From Pseudomonadota bacterium (GTDB lineage Bacteria; Pseudomonadota; Gammaproteobacteria; Burkholderiales; Sulfuriferulaceae), in NCBI GenBank assembly GCA_040388645.1, contig JAZKBM010000007.1:160942-224941 (forward strand): a stretch of 64,000 nucleotides of DNA, written 5' to 3'. This document shows, one piece after another, positions 10,620 through 19,752 of this stretch (its first letter is position 1; every line of letters begins with the position of its first letter). Below the pieces are notes generated by a model that was not told the DNA's origin, made no database searches, and saw only the letters and a list, made by a program, of their open reading frames with translations. A program made the translations under genes and the position numbers.

Positions 10620-11117
10620 TTATGTCACCCTGATGCTCTTTCCCGAGATACCGCCAGTTTTAGGTAAGCGTACCGTGAGCACACCATGATTCAGACTGGC
10701 TTCCGCGTGCTCGCTGTCGACTTCCTGTGGCAACAGGATCGTCCGTTGAAAGCTGCCGTAGGCACGCTCCATGATATGGTAATTGCAGTCTTCATTTTCC
10801 CGTACGTAGCGCTTCTCTCCTCTCACGCGCAACGCATTGCCTTCGATCATGAGATCAAGGTTGTCCTTTTCCAGACCGGGAACCTCCAGCCGTACCAAGA
10901 TCATTTTTTCCGTCTCTTCCACTTCCCCTGCCAATATGCTCCAACTTGGGAATCTGGCAGGAGGTGCGCTCTCACCCGGCATTTTGTGTTTCGTAAAATG
11001 AGTCAGCGCATCACCTGAACGGGAAAGCATTTCGCGCCATCCATCGGAAAGGTTATCCCAAGCACGATTGAGTTCTTTACCGACTTCCGTACCTATTTTT
11101 TTGAGCGAATTGAGCAT
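10620..11117 (-). CDS. Hsp20/alpha-crystallin family small heat-shock protein
   Basis: 165 aa. The alpha-crystallin core reads ILVRLEVPGLEKDNLDLMIEGNALRVRGEK...SFQRTILLP...ASLNHGVLTVRLPK. A GGAGG RBS and a sigma-32 promoter lie upstream. Confidence 0.9.
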   Translation of the reverse strand: MLNSLKKIGTEVGKELNRAWDNLSDGWREMLSRSGDALTHFTKHKMPGESAPPARFPSWSILAGEVEETEKMILVRLEVPGLEKDNLDLMIEGNALRVRGEKRYVRENEDCNYHIMERAYGSFQRTILLPQEVDSEHAEASLNHGVLTVRLPKTGGISGKSIRVT

Positions 11118-11150
11118 GATTTATCCTCCATTGCCAAAATTTCAATTCTG

Positions 11151-11178
11151 AAATGGGGGTGGTGAGCTCAATTTCAAC
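11151..11178 (-). promoter_or_regulatory. Sigma-32 (RpoH) heat-shock promoter for hsp20-psiE
   Basis: The reverse strand reads gTTGAAA-ttgagctcaccac-CCCCATTT. This fits the consensus CTTGAAA-N13/14-CCCCATnT and ends about 34 nt upstream of the hsp20 ATG. Confidence 0.65.
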
Positions 11179-11243
11179 TGGCGGTTTCGATATCCTTGTG
11201 AGGTTTTTACCACCCTTACCGAGCCGTAGCATGAATTGCGGAC

Positions 11244-12761
11244 TCAAATATTCAATGTGAAATTTTGCTGATAATGTTTTTCGATTGCGCGAACCATGAG
11301 CATGCGTAGTTCATTCAGCTGCTGGAGTTCCGGGGCGTCCAGTTCACAAGTTAAAGGCAAGGTATCCCAGTCGCCATAGATGAAACCTGCAGGGCGACGA
11401 TTAACTGTCAGGGGCAGGATGAGAAAGCTATGGGTCGTGGGCAGCGCATCACGCCACCAGCGCGGAAGCTTGTTGACGAAAACTTGGTCTCTGGCATTTT
11501 TCACAACAATGATTTTATCGTTTGCCATGCCGGCGTGAAAAACGTCGGGTTGATAAGCGTCACTGAATACCAGGCGAGGAATGAGTTCCTGTATTTTTTC
11601 GCCGAATCCGGTACGGGCAAAATACTTTCCCTCATTCCCGCTGCCGTTACGCAGAAAAAAAATTGCGCGACTCAGCCCTAAGCCCTGGTAGATGGTTTCC
11701 AGTGCCATAGTCATGAGCTGATAAGCTGTCGCATTGTTGGATACACCTTGCATATCCGTTACGCTGCGGGTCAGAATCATGACGGCGTCGTGTGGTTTTC
11801 CGCTAGTGGTTGGTGTGATAGGTTCGGCTTTGCCGGGGCGCGATTTGGAAGCATTGATAAACAGATTGTCCTGTTGAGCTGATTCCTGTGCTGTCTGGAT
11901 GGCTGCAAACATTTCAGGTGTGTCCATCCCCAACATATCAGCGTAGCTGTTTGTTATTTCCTCAAGGAGATTAGGCGTGGCGCTGGTTTCATCGCACATT
12001 ACCTCCGCGCAGCGGGAAGACATGGTAGAGACTGCTCCCAGCCAGGCTGCATGATCAAGCGGCTCATCCACGGTATGCGGCAGGACATCCTGCATACTGT
12101 CGATGAGCGTAGTCGGCAGGCCCCATTTCTGACCTACCCAGCGACCAACCTCATCCAGCCCCATTCCGAGGGTATCTCGGGCAGCCTGTGTTTCATCAAT
12201 ACCTTGTTGCGTACTCCGAGCTTGAACCAAAGCCCAGTCTTCAGGCAGATAAAATGTCACCAGCATGCGCCCCAGCCCGTGAAGCATTGCACAGACAACA
12301 GCCTCTTCTGCATCGCGTGCACTGGCCGCTCCTGTAATTTGACGTGCAATATGACTGGCCAGAACGGCTTTCTGCATTTCATTCTGGGTGCTCGCCGAGG
12401 CGGTAGATGCCTTCGCCAGCCCGTCAATCAGTTTGGAACTTAGCGCCAAGTGACCTATTGATTCAGTCCCTACCACTAGGACCGCTTTCGATACCGTATT
12501 GATGTCCTGGCCGAATACTGAATACATTGCACTATTGGCGAGCCGCAAGACTTTTTGCGTTAATGCGGGGTCGGACAATACTGTCTTTGTCATATTGAAT
12601 TCGCGGTCATCCTCACCACGAATGGCGTTCATGATCGCGCTGACCACATTGGAAAAACCGGGCAAGTCACCACGCTGCTTGATACGCTTCCATAGTGTTT
12701 CCAGCATTTTTTGTGGATTTTGTGGAGAAGTCGCGCTCATTTTTGTATTGAAATCTTTCAT
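11244..12761 (-). CDS. HDOD domain protein with a C-terminal GAF-like domain
   Basis: The N-terminal half has HDOD features (LPGFSNVVSAIMNAI..., VLRLANSAMY, MLHGLGRM). The C-terminal roughly 160 aa look GAF-like. ATGA overlap with the upstream GGDEF-EAL gene. Confidence 0.75.
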   Translation of the reverse strand: MKDFNTKMSATSPQNPQKMLETLWKRIKQRGDLPGFSNVVSAIMNAIRGEDDREFNMTKTVLSDPALTQKVLRLANSAMYSVFGQDINTVSKAVLVVGTESIGHLALSSKLIDGLAKASTASASTQNEMQKAVLASHIARQITGAASARDAEEAVVCAMLHGLGRMLVTFYLPEDWALVQARSTQQGIDETQAARDTLGMGLDEVGRWVGQKWGLPTTLIDSMQDVLPHTVDEPLDHAAWLGAVSTMSSRCAEVMCDETSATPNLLEEITNSYADMLGMDTPEMFAAIQTAQESAQQDNLFINASKSRPGKAEPITPTTSGKPHDAVMILTRSVTDMQGVSNNATAYQLMTMALETIYQGLGLSRAIFFLRNGSGNEGKYFARTGFGEKIQELIPRLVFSDAYQPDVFHAGMANDKIIVVKNARDQVFVNKLPRWWRDALPTTHSFLILPLTVNRRPAGFIYGDWDTLPLTCELDAPELQQLNELRMLMVRAIEKHYQQNFTLNI

Positions 12762-14476
12762 AGTGCATCTGATGAATGGATGGATGTGGCGTTAGCGGTT
12801 AATACCGCGATTGCCTCGCCTGGTAACATGGGATGGCCGGTATGGAACCCCTGAATCAGGGCGCAGCCTTGCGCGGCAAGGAATCGTAACTGCTGTTCAT
12901 CCTCAACACCTTCAGCCACTGTCGTCAGGTTCAAGTGGCCGGCGAGGCTAATCACGACGTCGCAAATTGCGGCATCTTTTACTGAGTGAGGCAAGTCTTT
13001 GACAAAGGCCCGGTCGATTTTCAGTGTGTTAATGGGAAAGCGTTTCAGATATGCCAGTGAAGAATAGCCGGTTCCAAAATCATCGATTGCGATCCCGACG
13101 CCGCGTGCCGCAATTTCATTCAGCAGCGTTTCGGCATGTTCCGGATCGGTCATCAGGATACCTTCGGTAATTTCCAGCAGCAATTGATTGCCCTGCAGGC
13201 CGGATAGCTTGATGGCTTCATCAAGGGTGGCAAGGAATCGATCACTTCTGAATTGTCTGGGACTGACATTGACGGACATATAGAGCCGGTGGCCAGCTGC
13301 TTTTTCGAAATGCTTGAGCTGAACGCAGGCGGCTTTAAGCACCCATGCGCCCAACAAATTAATCAAGCCGTTATTTTCCGCCATCGGAATGAATTGAAGT
13401 GGCGACATTAATCCTAGATCAGGGTGCATCCACCGCATCAGTGCTTCGAAACCCATTATCTGGCGCGTGTTTGCATCGACTACAGGTTGATAATGCAATA
13501 AAAATTCACCGTTCTTGACTGCTTCAAACATCGCAGCTTCAATTGATACGTCATGGACGGGCTTGGTGAATGTTTGAGGATCATAAAGTACATAGCGAGC
13601 TTTGCCGGTTTCCTTTGCGCGATACAAAGCAATATCAGCATGCGCGAGCAACTTCACCTCATGATCGCCATGTTCCGGGTAAATGGCGACACCGATAGAT
13701 GTGCTTACATACAAGACATGACCCTGAATTTCAAATGGAAGCTGGATGGAGGTGATCATGCGGCGCGCGATAATCTGGATCTCGATTTCTGTCAATGCGC
13801 TGGGTAGTACTGCGATAAATTCATCCCCTCCGACACGCGCCAGTGTGTCGGTATCCCGCAAGGTTTCACGCAGCCGCATCCCGGCCTCACGCAGTAAAAT
13901 ATCTCCAACCGGGTGTCCCAGCGCGTCATTGATCTTTTTGAAGCCATCCAGATCCAGCGCCAGAATTGAAAATCCTTGCCCAGTTCGTCTTGCTTGTGCC
14001 ATCGCCATGTTCAGGCGATCGGAAAGCAGGGAACGATTGGGTAAACCTGTTAAAGAGTCATGGGTAGCAAGATGGCGAAGACTTTCCTCATTGGCCATTT
14101 GCTGCGCAATATTCTTGCCCACCGCAAGCAGTTCCGTATCACCTTCTTCAGTCAAGTATGCCGACATTAAAAAGTCAAAGTAGAGCGCTGATGTACTGGT
14201 TTTGATCTTGGTATGCACTTGATTGTGCTGACGAGATTGAATGGCATGTTTTATTGCGGAGGAAATCACGCCGTGTTCTTCAGGCACCACCAGGTCAGAT
14301 AGCAATAAACCTGTGAGCAAGCTGCCAGGTCGGATCAACGCTACAGCACGTTTGCTCGCAGAAAGTATCTCGCCTGCAGCATTAAGCCGAAAAACTGCAT
14401 CGCCAGCAGCTTCCATCAAATTTGCTAGCTGGATATCAAGGTTTGTATGCAGTGGGGTATCGGATATGTGAACCAT
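12758..14476 (-). CDS. PAS-GGDEF-EAL c-di-GMP turnover protein
   Basis: The GGDEF motif is intact (ARVGGDEFIAV) with an RxxD I-site (RDTD) five residues upstream. The EAL domain carries EALMRW, DDFGTGYSSL and EGVE. Confidence 0.9.
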   Translation of the reverse strand: MVHISDTPLHTNLDIQLANLMEAAGDAVFRLNAAGEILSASKRAVALIRPGSLLTGLLLSDLVVPEEHGVISSAIKHAIQSRQHNQVHTKIKTSTSALYFDFLMSAYLTEEGDTELLAVGKNIAQQMANEESLRHLATHDSLTGLPNRSLLSDRLNMAMAQARRTGQGFSILALDLDGFKKINDALGHPVGDILLREAGMRLRETLRDTDTLARVGGDEFIAVLPSALTEIEIQIIARRMITSIQLPFEIQGHVLYVSTSIGVAIYPEHGDHEVKLLAHADIALYRAKETGKARYVLYDPQTFTKPVHDVSIEAAMFEAVKNGEFLLHYQPVVDANTRQIMGFEALMRWMHPDLGLMSPLQFIPMAENNGLINLLGAWVLKAACVQLKHFEKAAGHRLYMSVNVSPRQFRSDRFLATLDEAIKLSGLQGNQLLLEITEGILMTDPEHAETLLNEIAARGVGIAIDDFGTGYSSLAYLKRFPINTLKIDRAFVKDLPHSVKDAAICDVVISLAGHLNLTTVAEGVEDEQQLRFLAAQGCALIQGFHTGHPMLPGEAIAVLTANATSIHSSDAL

Positions 14477-14757
14477 GACAGAAACGGGTCTCCGGTTTAA
14501 ACCAAGGCGAATACAGGGTATGTACTGCAGTCGGCCATTCTATTTATAACGGCTCTTTGCCAGCCTTTTGTAGGGTATCCGACATATTATAAGTATGCTT
14601 GGAATTTGTAAGTAGTTGTAAATATATGTAAGACAAACTCTTACGCGAAATACCGAACATGACCTATTTCCTGCTTTATTTCCAAGCTTCAGAATGGTTA
14701 CCACTGGGATTGTGTATTGCAATCCAGTTTCCGACGGTTACTGTAAAGGGGACTAAA

Positions 14758-15075
14758 ATGACAGCAAACGACATAATGGCTGAAATCCGCGATGCTAACC
14801 TGAGCTATCTGATGCTTGCACAGCAGTTGATACGTTCAGACAAGGCCACAGCAATTTTTCGTCTGGGCATAGATAAAAATATCGCCGATCTTATTGCCGG
14901 TCTGAGTAATGCCCAGATTCTCAAACTTGCCGGTACCAATATGATGTTGGCACGTTTCCGTTTTGATGATAGCGCCATCCTCGGCATGCTGACGAATTAC
15001 AACAAGGATCGAACTCTTGCGCAATCACATGCAGCGATTCTAATGGCTGGGCAGCCAATAGAAGAAATCGCTTAA
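14758..15075 (+). CDS. flhD: Flagellar master regulator subunit FlhD
   Basis: 105 aa from MTANDIMAEIRDANLSYLMLAQQLI..., collinear with FlhD. It lies directly upstream of flhC. The track ORF starts earlier (14659), but the FlhD homology begins at 14758. Confidence 0.9.
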   Translation: MTANDIMAEIRDANLSYLMLAQQLIRSDKATAIFRLGIDKNIADLIAGLSNAQILKLAGTNMMLARFRFDDSAILGMLTNYNKDRTLAQSHAAILMAGQPIEEIA

Positions 15076-15120
15076 AGTTAGAAATCCATTATTGTAAATA
15101 ATCAAGCCAGGAATACAAAA

Positions 15121-15678
15121 ATGACCAAAAAAAGCGTAGTGACCGAATCGAATGAAATTCAGCTCGCCATCCAGCTGGTCAATCTTGGTGCACGTTTGCA
15201 ATTGCTGGAATCGGAAACTTCTTTATCCAGAGAACGTCTGCTGAAATTGTATAAGGAGCTTAGAGGAGTTTCACCTCCGAAGGGCATGCTGCCGTTCTCC
15301 ACAGACTGGTTCCTGACTTGGCAACCTAATATTCATTCTTCCTTATTTATCAATATTCACCATTATCTTGTCGAACATGCGAATGTTCAGGGTATTGAAG
15401 CGGTTATGAAGGCCTATCAGCTTTATCTTGAACAAGTGCGCCCCGGTCAGGATGAGGAAGCGGTGTTGTCACTTACGCGCGCCTGGACGCTGGTGCGCTT
15501 TGTAAATCGGAATATGCTCAAAACCACTGCTTGCTGCAAATGCGGGGGGCATTTTGTCGTGAATAGTCTGGATCTGCATGATGACTATGCTTGCGGTCTA
15601 TGTCATATGCCATCACGAGCAGGCAAAACCAAAAAAGTTCGCGAAGATGCAGCTGCCGCATTAGCGCTTGCAGCCTGA
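15121..15678 (+). CDS. flhC: Flagellar master regulator subunit FlhC
   Basis: 185 aa. The N-terminus reads IQLAIQLVNLGARLQLLESET, and the C-terminal zinc site is CCKCGGHF...CGLCHM. Confidence 0.9.
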   Translation: MTKKSVVTESNEIQLAIQLVNLGARLQLLESETSLSRERLLKLYKELRGVSPPKGMLPFSTDWFLTWQPNIHSSLFINIHHYLVEHANVQGIEAVMKAYQLYLEQVRPGQDEEAVLSLTRAWTLVRFVNRNMLKTTACCKCGGHFVVNSLDLHDDYACGLCHMPSRAGKTKKVREDAAAALALAA

Positions 15679-15729
15679 TTGATATAAAACCCGAAACAAA
15701 TAGCTGATCTCAGGAAGCGGGCAAGAAAC

Positions 15730-16503
15730 ATGGTGCGCTTGCTCCGGTCTTCGTTCCATGCACCTGCAGTGCAGGCGCTGATCATTCAAGGTATTTCCTT
15801 CTTGCTGACCCTGTTACTAATACGGGGTATCTGGATACTGGCCGACTTGCAGGCCGGTATGGTTTTAGCGGCATTCTTGCAAGGAGTGATAGCGGCCATA
15901 CTTACTTTTTGGCGTCGTCTTGCTCCTTGGTGGCTACTTATCCAGTTGCTGTTTCCTGTTGCCTTGATCGCTGCTCTTTCACTCTCTTTGCCGCCGGCAA
16001 TTTTTCTCGTCTTGTTCATCTTCTTCCTGGGTTTGTACTGGACTACATTCCGGACCCAGGTTCCGTTTTATCCATCCGGGCCAACAACTTGGGAGTCGGT
16101 TGCGGGTCTGATTCCCACTGATCGGCCGCTGCGCTTGATCGATATCGGCAGCGGCCTGGGCGGGCTGGTGTTAAATCTTGCTGCGCGCAGGCCTGAGAGT
16201 GAATTTGTCGGGATCGAATTGGCGCCGCTCCCCTGGCTGGCAAGCTGGGCTCGGGCAAAAATAGGACGCAGTCGCGGACAGTTTATGCTTGGTGATTACA
16301 TGCGTCAGAATTTTGCACAATATGACGTGGTGTTTGCCTATTTGTCACCAGCAGCCATGCCCAGCCTGTGGGAAAAAGCCAGCCGGGAAATGCGTTCCGG
16401 CACATTGTTGATTAGCTATGAATTTCCCATCCCGGATGTGGTTGCCGACGTTATGGTTAGTCCTCAGACGGATGGTCCAACCCTTTATGGCTGGCGTTTT
16501 TGA
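15730..16503 (+). CDS. Membrane-anchored class I SAM-dependent methyltransferase
   Basis: The N-terminal roughly 100 aa form three or four hydrophobic helices. The C-terminal half carries SAM-binding motif I (LRLIDIGSGLGGLVLNLA) and a post-I acidic residue (VGIELAP). Confidence 0.65.
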   Translation: MVRLLRSSFHAPAVQALIIQGISFLLTLLLIRGIWILADLQAGMVLAAFLQGVIAAILTFWRRLAPWWLLIQLLFPVALIAALSLSLPPAIFLVLFIFFLGLYWTTFRTQVPFYPSGPTTWESVAGLIPTDRPLRLIDIGSGLGGLVLNLAARRPESEFVGIELAPLPWLASWARAKIGRSRGQFMLGDYMRQNFAQYDVVFAYLSPAAMPSLWEKASREMRSGTLLISYEFPIPDVVADVMVSPQTDGPTLYGWRF

Positions 16504-16652
16504 GTGGGTTTCGGCAGGGCTGGTAGCGCTCAAGTTCTGGCAGCACAGGTCGTAAACCTTAATGAACGCGACATTCAGATTCCTGGCTGGTGAATCAGGT
16601 TACGGATAGTCAGCAATTTATAAAAATCACATTATCAACGGAGTTTGGACGC

Positions 16653-17513
16653 GTGTTAGTCATTGTTGGATATATTGTTGTTTTAGCCTCCGTGTTTGGT
16701 GGGTTCGCACTGGCAGGGGGGCATTTGGCCTCACTTTTGCAGCCTGTGGAACTGCTGATGATTGGTGGCGCTGCGACGGGGGCATTTCTGGTTGGAAATA
16801 ATGCAAAATCCATTAAGGCGACACTCAAGGCATTACCCAGCCTGGTGAAGGGGTCCAAGTACACCAAAGCACTGTACATGGAATTAATGGCGCTGCTGTA
16901 TGAATTATTGAGCAAGGTTCGTAAAGAAGGTTTGATGTCGATAGAGGGAGATGTGGATAATCCCAATGAGAGTCCGATCTTCAGCAAATATCCAGCGATT
17001 CTTTCTGACCACCATATTATGGAATTCATGACCGATTATCTGCGCCTGATGGTTGCAGGAAACATGGATGCTTTCCAGATAGAGAATCTCATGGACAACG
17101 AGATTGAAACCCATCACCACGAGGGTGAAGTACCCGCACACTGCATTGCAAAACTTGGCGATGGCATGCCGGCATTCGGTATCGTGGCGGCAGTTATGGG
17201 TGTTGTGCATACCATGGCATCGGTTGGATTGCCGCCGGCGGAACTGGGTATTTTGATCGCCAATGCATTGGTCGGAACCTTTCTTGGTATCCTGCTCGCG
17301 TATGGATTCGTCGGGCCACTTGCCAGCTTGCTTGAACAAAAGCTGCATGAATCCTCGAAAATGTTTCAATGCGTTAAAGTCACTTTACTTGCCAGCCTCA
17401 ATGGTTATGCGCCGGCACTTGCTGTGGAGTTCGGCAGAAAGGTGCTGTTCTCGACTGAGCGCCCCTCTTTCAGCGAACTGGAAGATCACGTCAAGCAAGC
17501 CAAATCCAAGTAA
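16653..17513 (+). CDS. motA: Flagellar stator protein MotA
   Basis: From GTG 16653 (AACGGAG upstream) the protein VLVIVGYIVVLASVFGGF... is collinear with enteric MotA through the C-terminal SERPSFSELEDHV. The track ORF begins 21 codons earlier. Confidence 0.9.
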   Translation: MLVIVGYIVVLASVFGGFALAGGHLASLLQPVELLMIGGAATGAFLVGNNAKSIKATLKALPSLVKGSKYTKALYMELMALLYELLSKVRKEGLMSIEGDVDNPNESPIFSKYPAILSDHHIMEFMTDYLRLMVAGNMDAFQIENLMDNEIETHHHEGEVPAHCIAKLGDGMPAFGIVAAVMGVVHTMASVGLPPAELGILIANALVGTFLGILLAYGFVGPLASLLEQKLHESSKMFQCVKVTLLASLNGYAPALAVEFGRKVLFSTERPSFSELEDHVKQAKSK

Positions 17514-17537
17514 TCAGACAACTCATCAGGAACAGAT

Positions 17538-18479
17538 ATGGCCGAAGCAGTACCACGCCCGATAATCGTCAAACGCATCAAAAAATCCGGTGGCGGTCAT
17601 CACGGTGGCGCCTGGAAGATTGCCTATGCGGATTTTGTCACGGCGATGATGGCATTTTTTCTGCTGATGTGGTTGCTGGGATCAACCACCAAAGGGGAGT
17701 TGCAAGGCATTGCGGAGTATTTCCAGACGCCACTTAAGGTTGCATTCGGGGGTGGCTCGGGTAGTGGTGATAGTTCTAGCGTCATCAAAGGCGGGGGAAA
17801 AGATTTAACCAGACAAGTTGGCCAGATAAATAAGGCCACCAATCCGGCACAGAAAAAAACCTATGATCTCAAGGCAGCGCAGGCGGATCTTGATCGTCTA
17901 GATGCCTCGCGTTTAAAAGCATTAAAGGGACGTATTGAAGCAGCTATAGATGCTAATCCCACATTGAAGCAATTCAAAAAACAATTATTGATTGATATAA
18001 CCACCGAGGGCCTGCGTATCCAGATCGTCGATGAAAAAAATCGGCCCATGTTTGCTTTGTCAAAGGCCAAACTGGAGCCCTATACAAAAGAAATTCTCCA
18101 CGATATCGGACACACCTTGAATGGTGTTCCAAATAAAATCAGTCTTTCTGGCCATACCGATGCTTCGCCCTATTCGGGGGGAGGCGCTGGCTACAGTAAT
18201 TGGGAGTTATCCGCTGATCGTGCCAACGCATCACGTCGCGAACTGATTGCGGGTGGCATGGATGAGAATAAAATATTGCGTGTAGTGGGGCTCGCTTCGG
18301 CTGTTCCACTCGACAGCAAAGATCCGTTCAATCCTATTAACCGGCGTATCAGCATCATTGTCATGAACAAAAAAACAGAAGATGCCATCGCCAAGGAGGC
18401 AGGTAATTTCACCGACGTTAACAGCGCGGCACAGGCTCAACAAAGTCTTTCTGGTGCGCAACCAAACCCTGCAAAATAG
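17538..18479 (+). CDS. motB: Flagellar stator protein MotB
   Basis: The N-terminus reads GGHHGGAWKIAYADFVTAMMAFFLLMW and includes the conserved plug/TM Asp. The C-terminus is an OmpA-like peptidoglycan-binding domain (NWELSADRANASRREL). Confidence 0.9.
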   Translation: MAEAVPRPIIVKRIKKSGGGHHGGAWKIAYADFVTAMMAFFLLMWLLGSTTKGELQGIAEYFQTPLKVAFGGGSGSGDSSSVIKGGGKDLTRQVGQINKATNPAQKKTYDLKAAQADLDRLDASRLKALKGRIEAAIDANPTLKQFKKQLLIDITTEGLRIQIVDEKNRPMFALSKAKLEPYTKEILHDIGHTLNGVPNKISLSGHTDASPYSGGGAGYSNWELSADRANASRRELIAGGMDENKILRVVGLASAVPLDSKDPFNPINRRISIIVMNKKTEDAIAKEAGNFTDVNSAAQAQQSLSGAQPNPAK

Positions 18480-18593
18480 CGCTTTCAAGGCTCGACAGAA
18501 AATCCAAAAATGGGTTTTTAGTCATCGAAAGCTGGACCACCGGGATATGTCTCAATAACACTTTGTAAAATAAGCTAACAAATCTCCGTATTG

Positions 18594-19445
18594 TTATATG
18601 GCTAAAATTTGACACATTTCGGCCAGTTGCTGTTCTGTCTCTTCAAATACTCGCAAAGTTGTTTCTTGCCCTATTCCCAGCTTGTCCCACGCCGCAGTGG
18701 AAACAGGGGGAACCAGCTCCTCCTCTTCCATCGCCAGATCAAGTGCGTGTACGATTGCGTCGGCAACATGTACCAGTGAGACCAGCGTGCACTGCTCGGT
18801 TGGGTCTGGCGTATGATGACCACCAATGGCCAATTGTATTTCCTGCGGTAATTTCCAGTATTCAGCCAATGCTTGGCCTACCATGGCGTGATCAATACCC
18901 ATTACAGTTTGTTCAGCCTGAAACAAGGTGCAATCATGGGTTACACGATGAGTGAGTGCTGTCTGATTCTGGATGGGGAAGTATATTGCCAGGACCAGAA
19001 CTCCAATATCGTGAAGCAAGCCCGCTGTGAACGCGAGTTCCTGATCCTGATGGAGTTGACGCGCGAGCGCTTTCGAGCATACCGCTACGGCAATCGAATG
19101 GTGCCAATTCTTTTCGATCTCGCCAGCCAAGTCGTGGTTGGCGATAAAGCCATTTGCTACAGATGCGGCGGTCACCAGGGTACGCATACTCTTCAGGCCA
19201 AGAATTGCGAATGATTCCCGAACGCTGGTGACTTTATGAGACATTCCATAAAAAGAGGAATTGGCCAGGCGCAGGGTGGTAGCAACCAATGCTGGATCGC
19301 GGGCAAGTTTTTCTGCCAGTGTGTCAATATCGACATTGTCTTCCCCCATCGTGCTCAATAAGTCAGCCACGATTTCCGGTAGGGGGGGCAGACCACGGAT
19401 CGTTTTAACGACCTCGCTCATGGTTAATTTATTCACGATTTGCAT
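18594..19445 (-). CDS. HDOD domain protein
   Basis: 283 aa with LPPLPEIVADLLSTM, TLRLANSSFYG, and degenerate HD region motifs LLHDIGVLVL and GIDHAMVG. Confidence 0.8.
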   Translation of the reverse strand: MQIVNKLTMSEVVKTIRGLPPLPEIVADLLSTMGEDNVDIDTLAEKLARDPALVATTLRLANSSFYGMSHKVTSVRESFAILGLKSMRTLVTAASVANGFIANHDLAGEIEKNWHHSIAVAVCSKALARQLHQDQELAFTAGLLHDIGVLVLAIYFPIQNQTALTHRVTHDCTLFQAEQTVMGIDHAMVGQALAEYWKLPQEIQLAIGGHHTPDPTEQCTLVSLVHVADAIVHALDLAMEEEELVPPVSTAAWDKLGIGQETTLRVFEETEQQLAEMCQILAI

Positions 19446-19752
19446 CCACGCGATATTGAATGAGGTGACGAAGCAGCAAGCCGCTTGCGCCTGAAGTGCC
19501 CGCTAGTCGAAAGAGCTTCGTAAGGCGCAGTCGCTGGAGGTCGTGAGCAGCGCCCGTTTCAGCCTCGGTATGGGTAGTCATCAGGACGGGGAGGAGTTGT
19601 ATCCTACGGCGACGCAGGATCATCAGGGTGGCTTCAGTAAGTGCCGTGCCACGTGATAGCAACAGATTACCTTCTGAATCGTTCAGATTGTCTACCAGTA
19701 TCATACCGGCCACAGCTTGCTCCAAAGCGATTTGTTCGTGTGCCGGGTTCAT
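19429..19752 (-). CDS. Small hypothetical protein, translationally coupled between the GGDEF-EAL-REC gene and the HDOD gene
   Basis: About 107 codons from the ATG at 19752. ATGA overlap with the stop of the upstream gene, and the 3' end overlaps the HDOD start by 17 nt. The track ORF extends to 19824, inside the upstream gene. Confidence 0.45.
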   Translation of the reverse strand: MNPAHEQIALEQAVAGMILVDNLNDSEGNLLLSRGTALTEATLMILRRRRIQLLPVLMTTHTEAETGAAHDLQRLRLTKLFRLAGTSGASGLLLRHLIQYRVDANRE

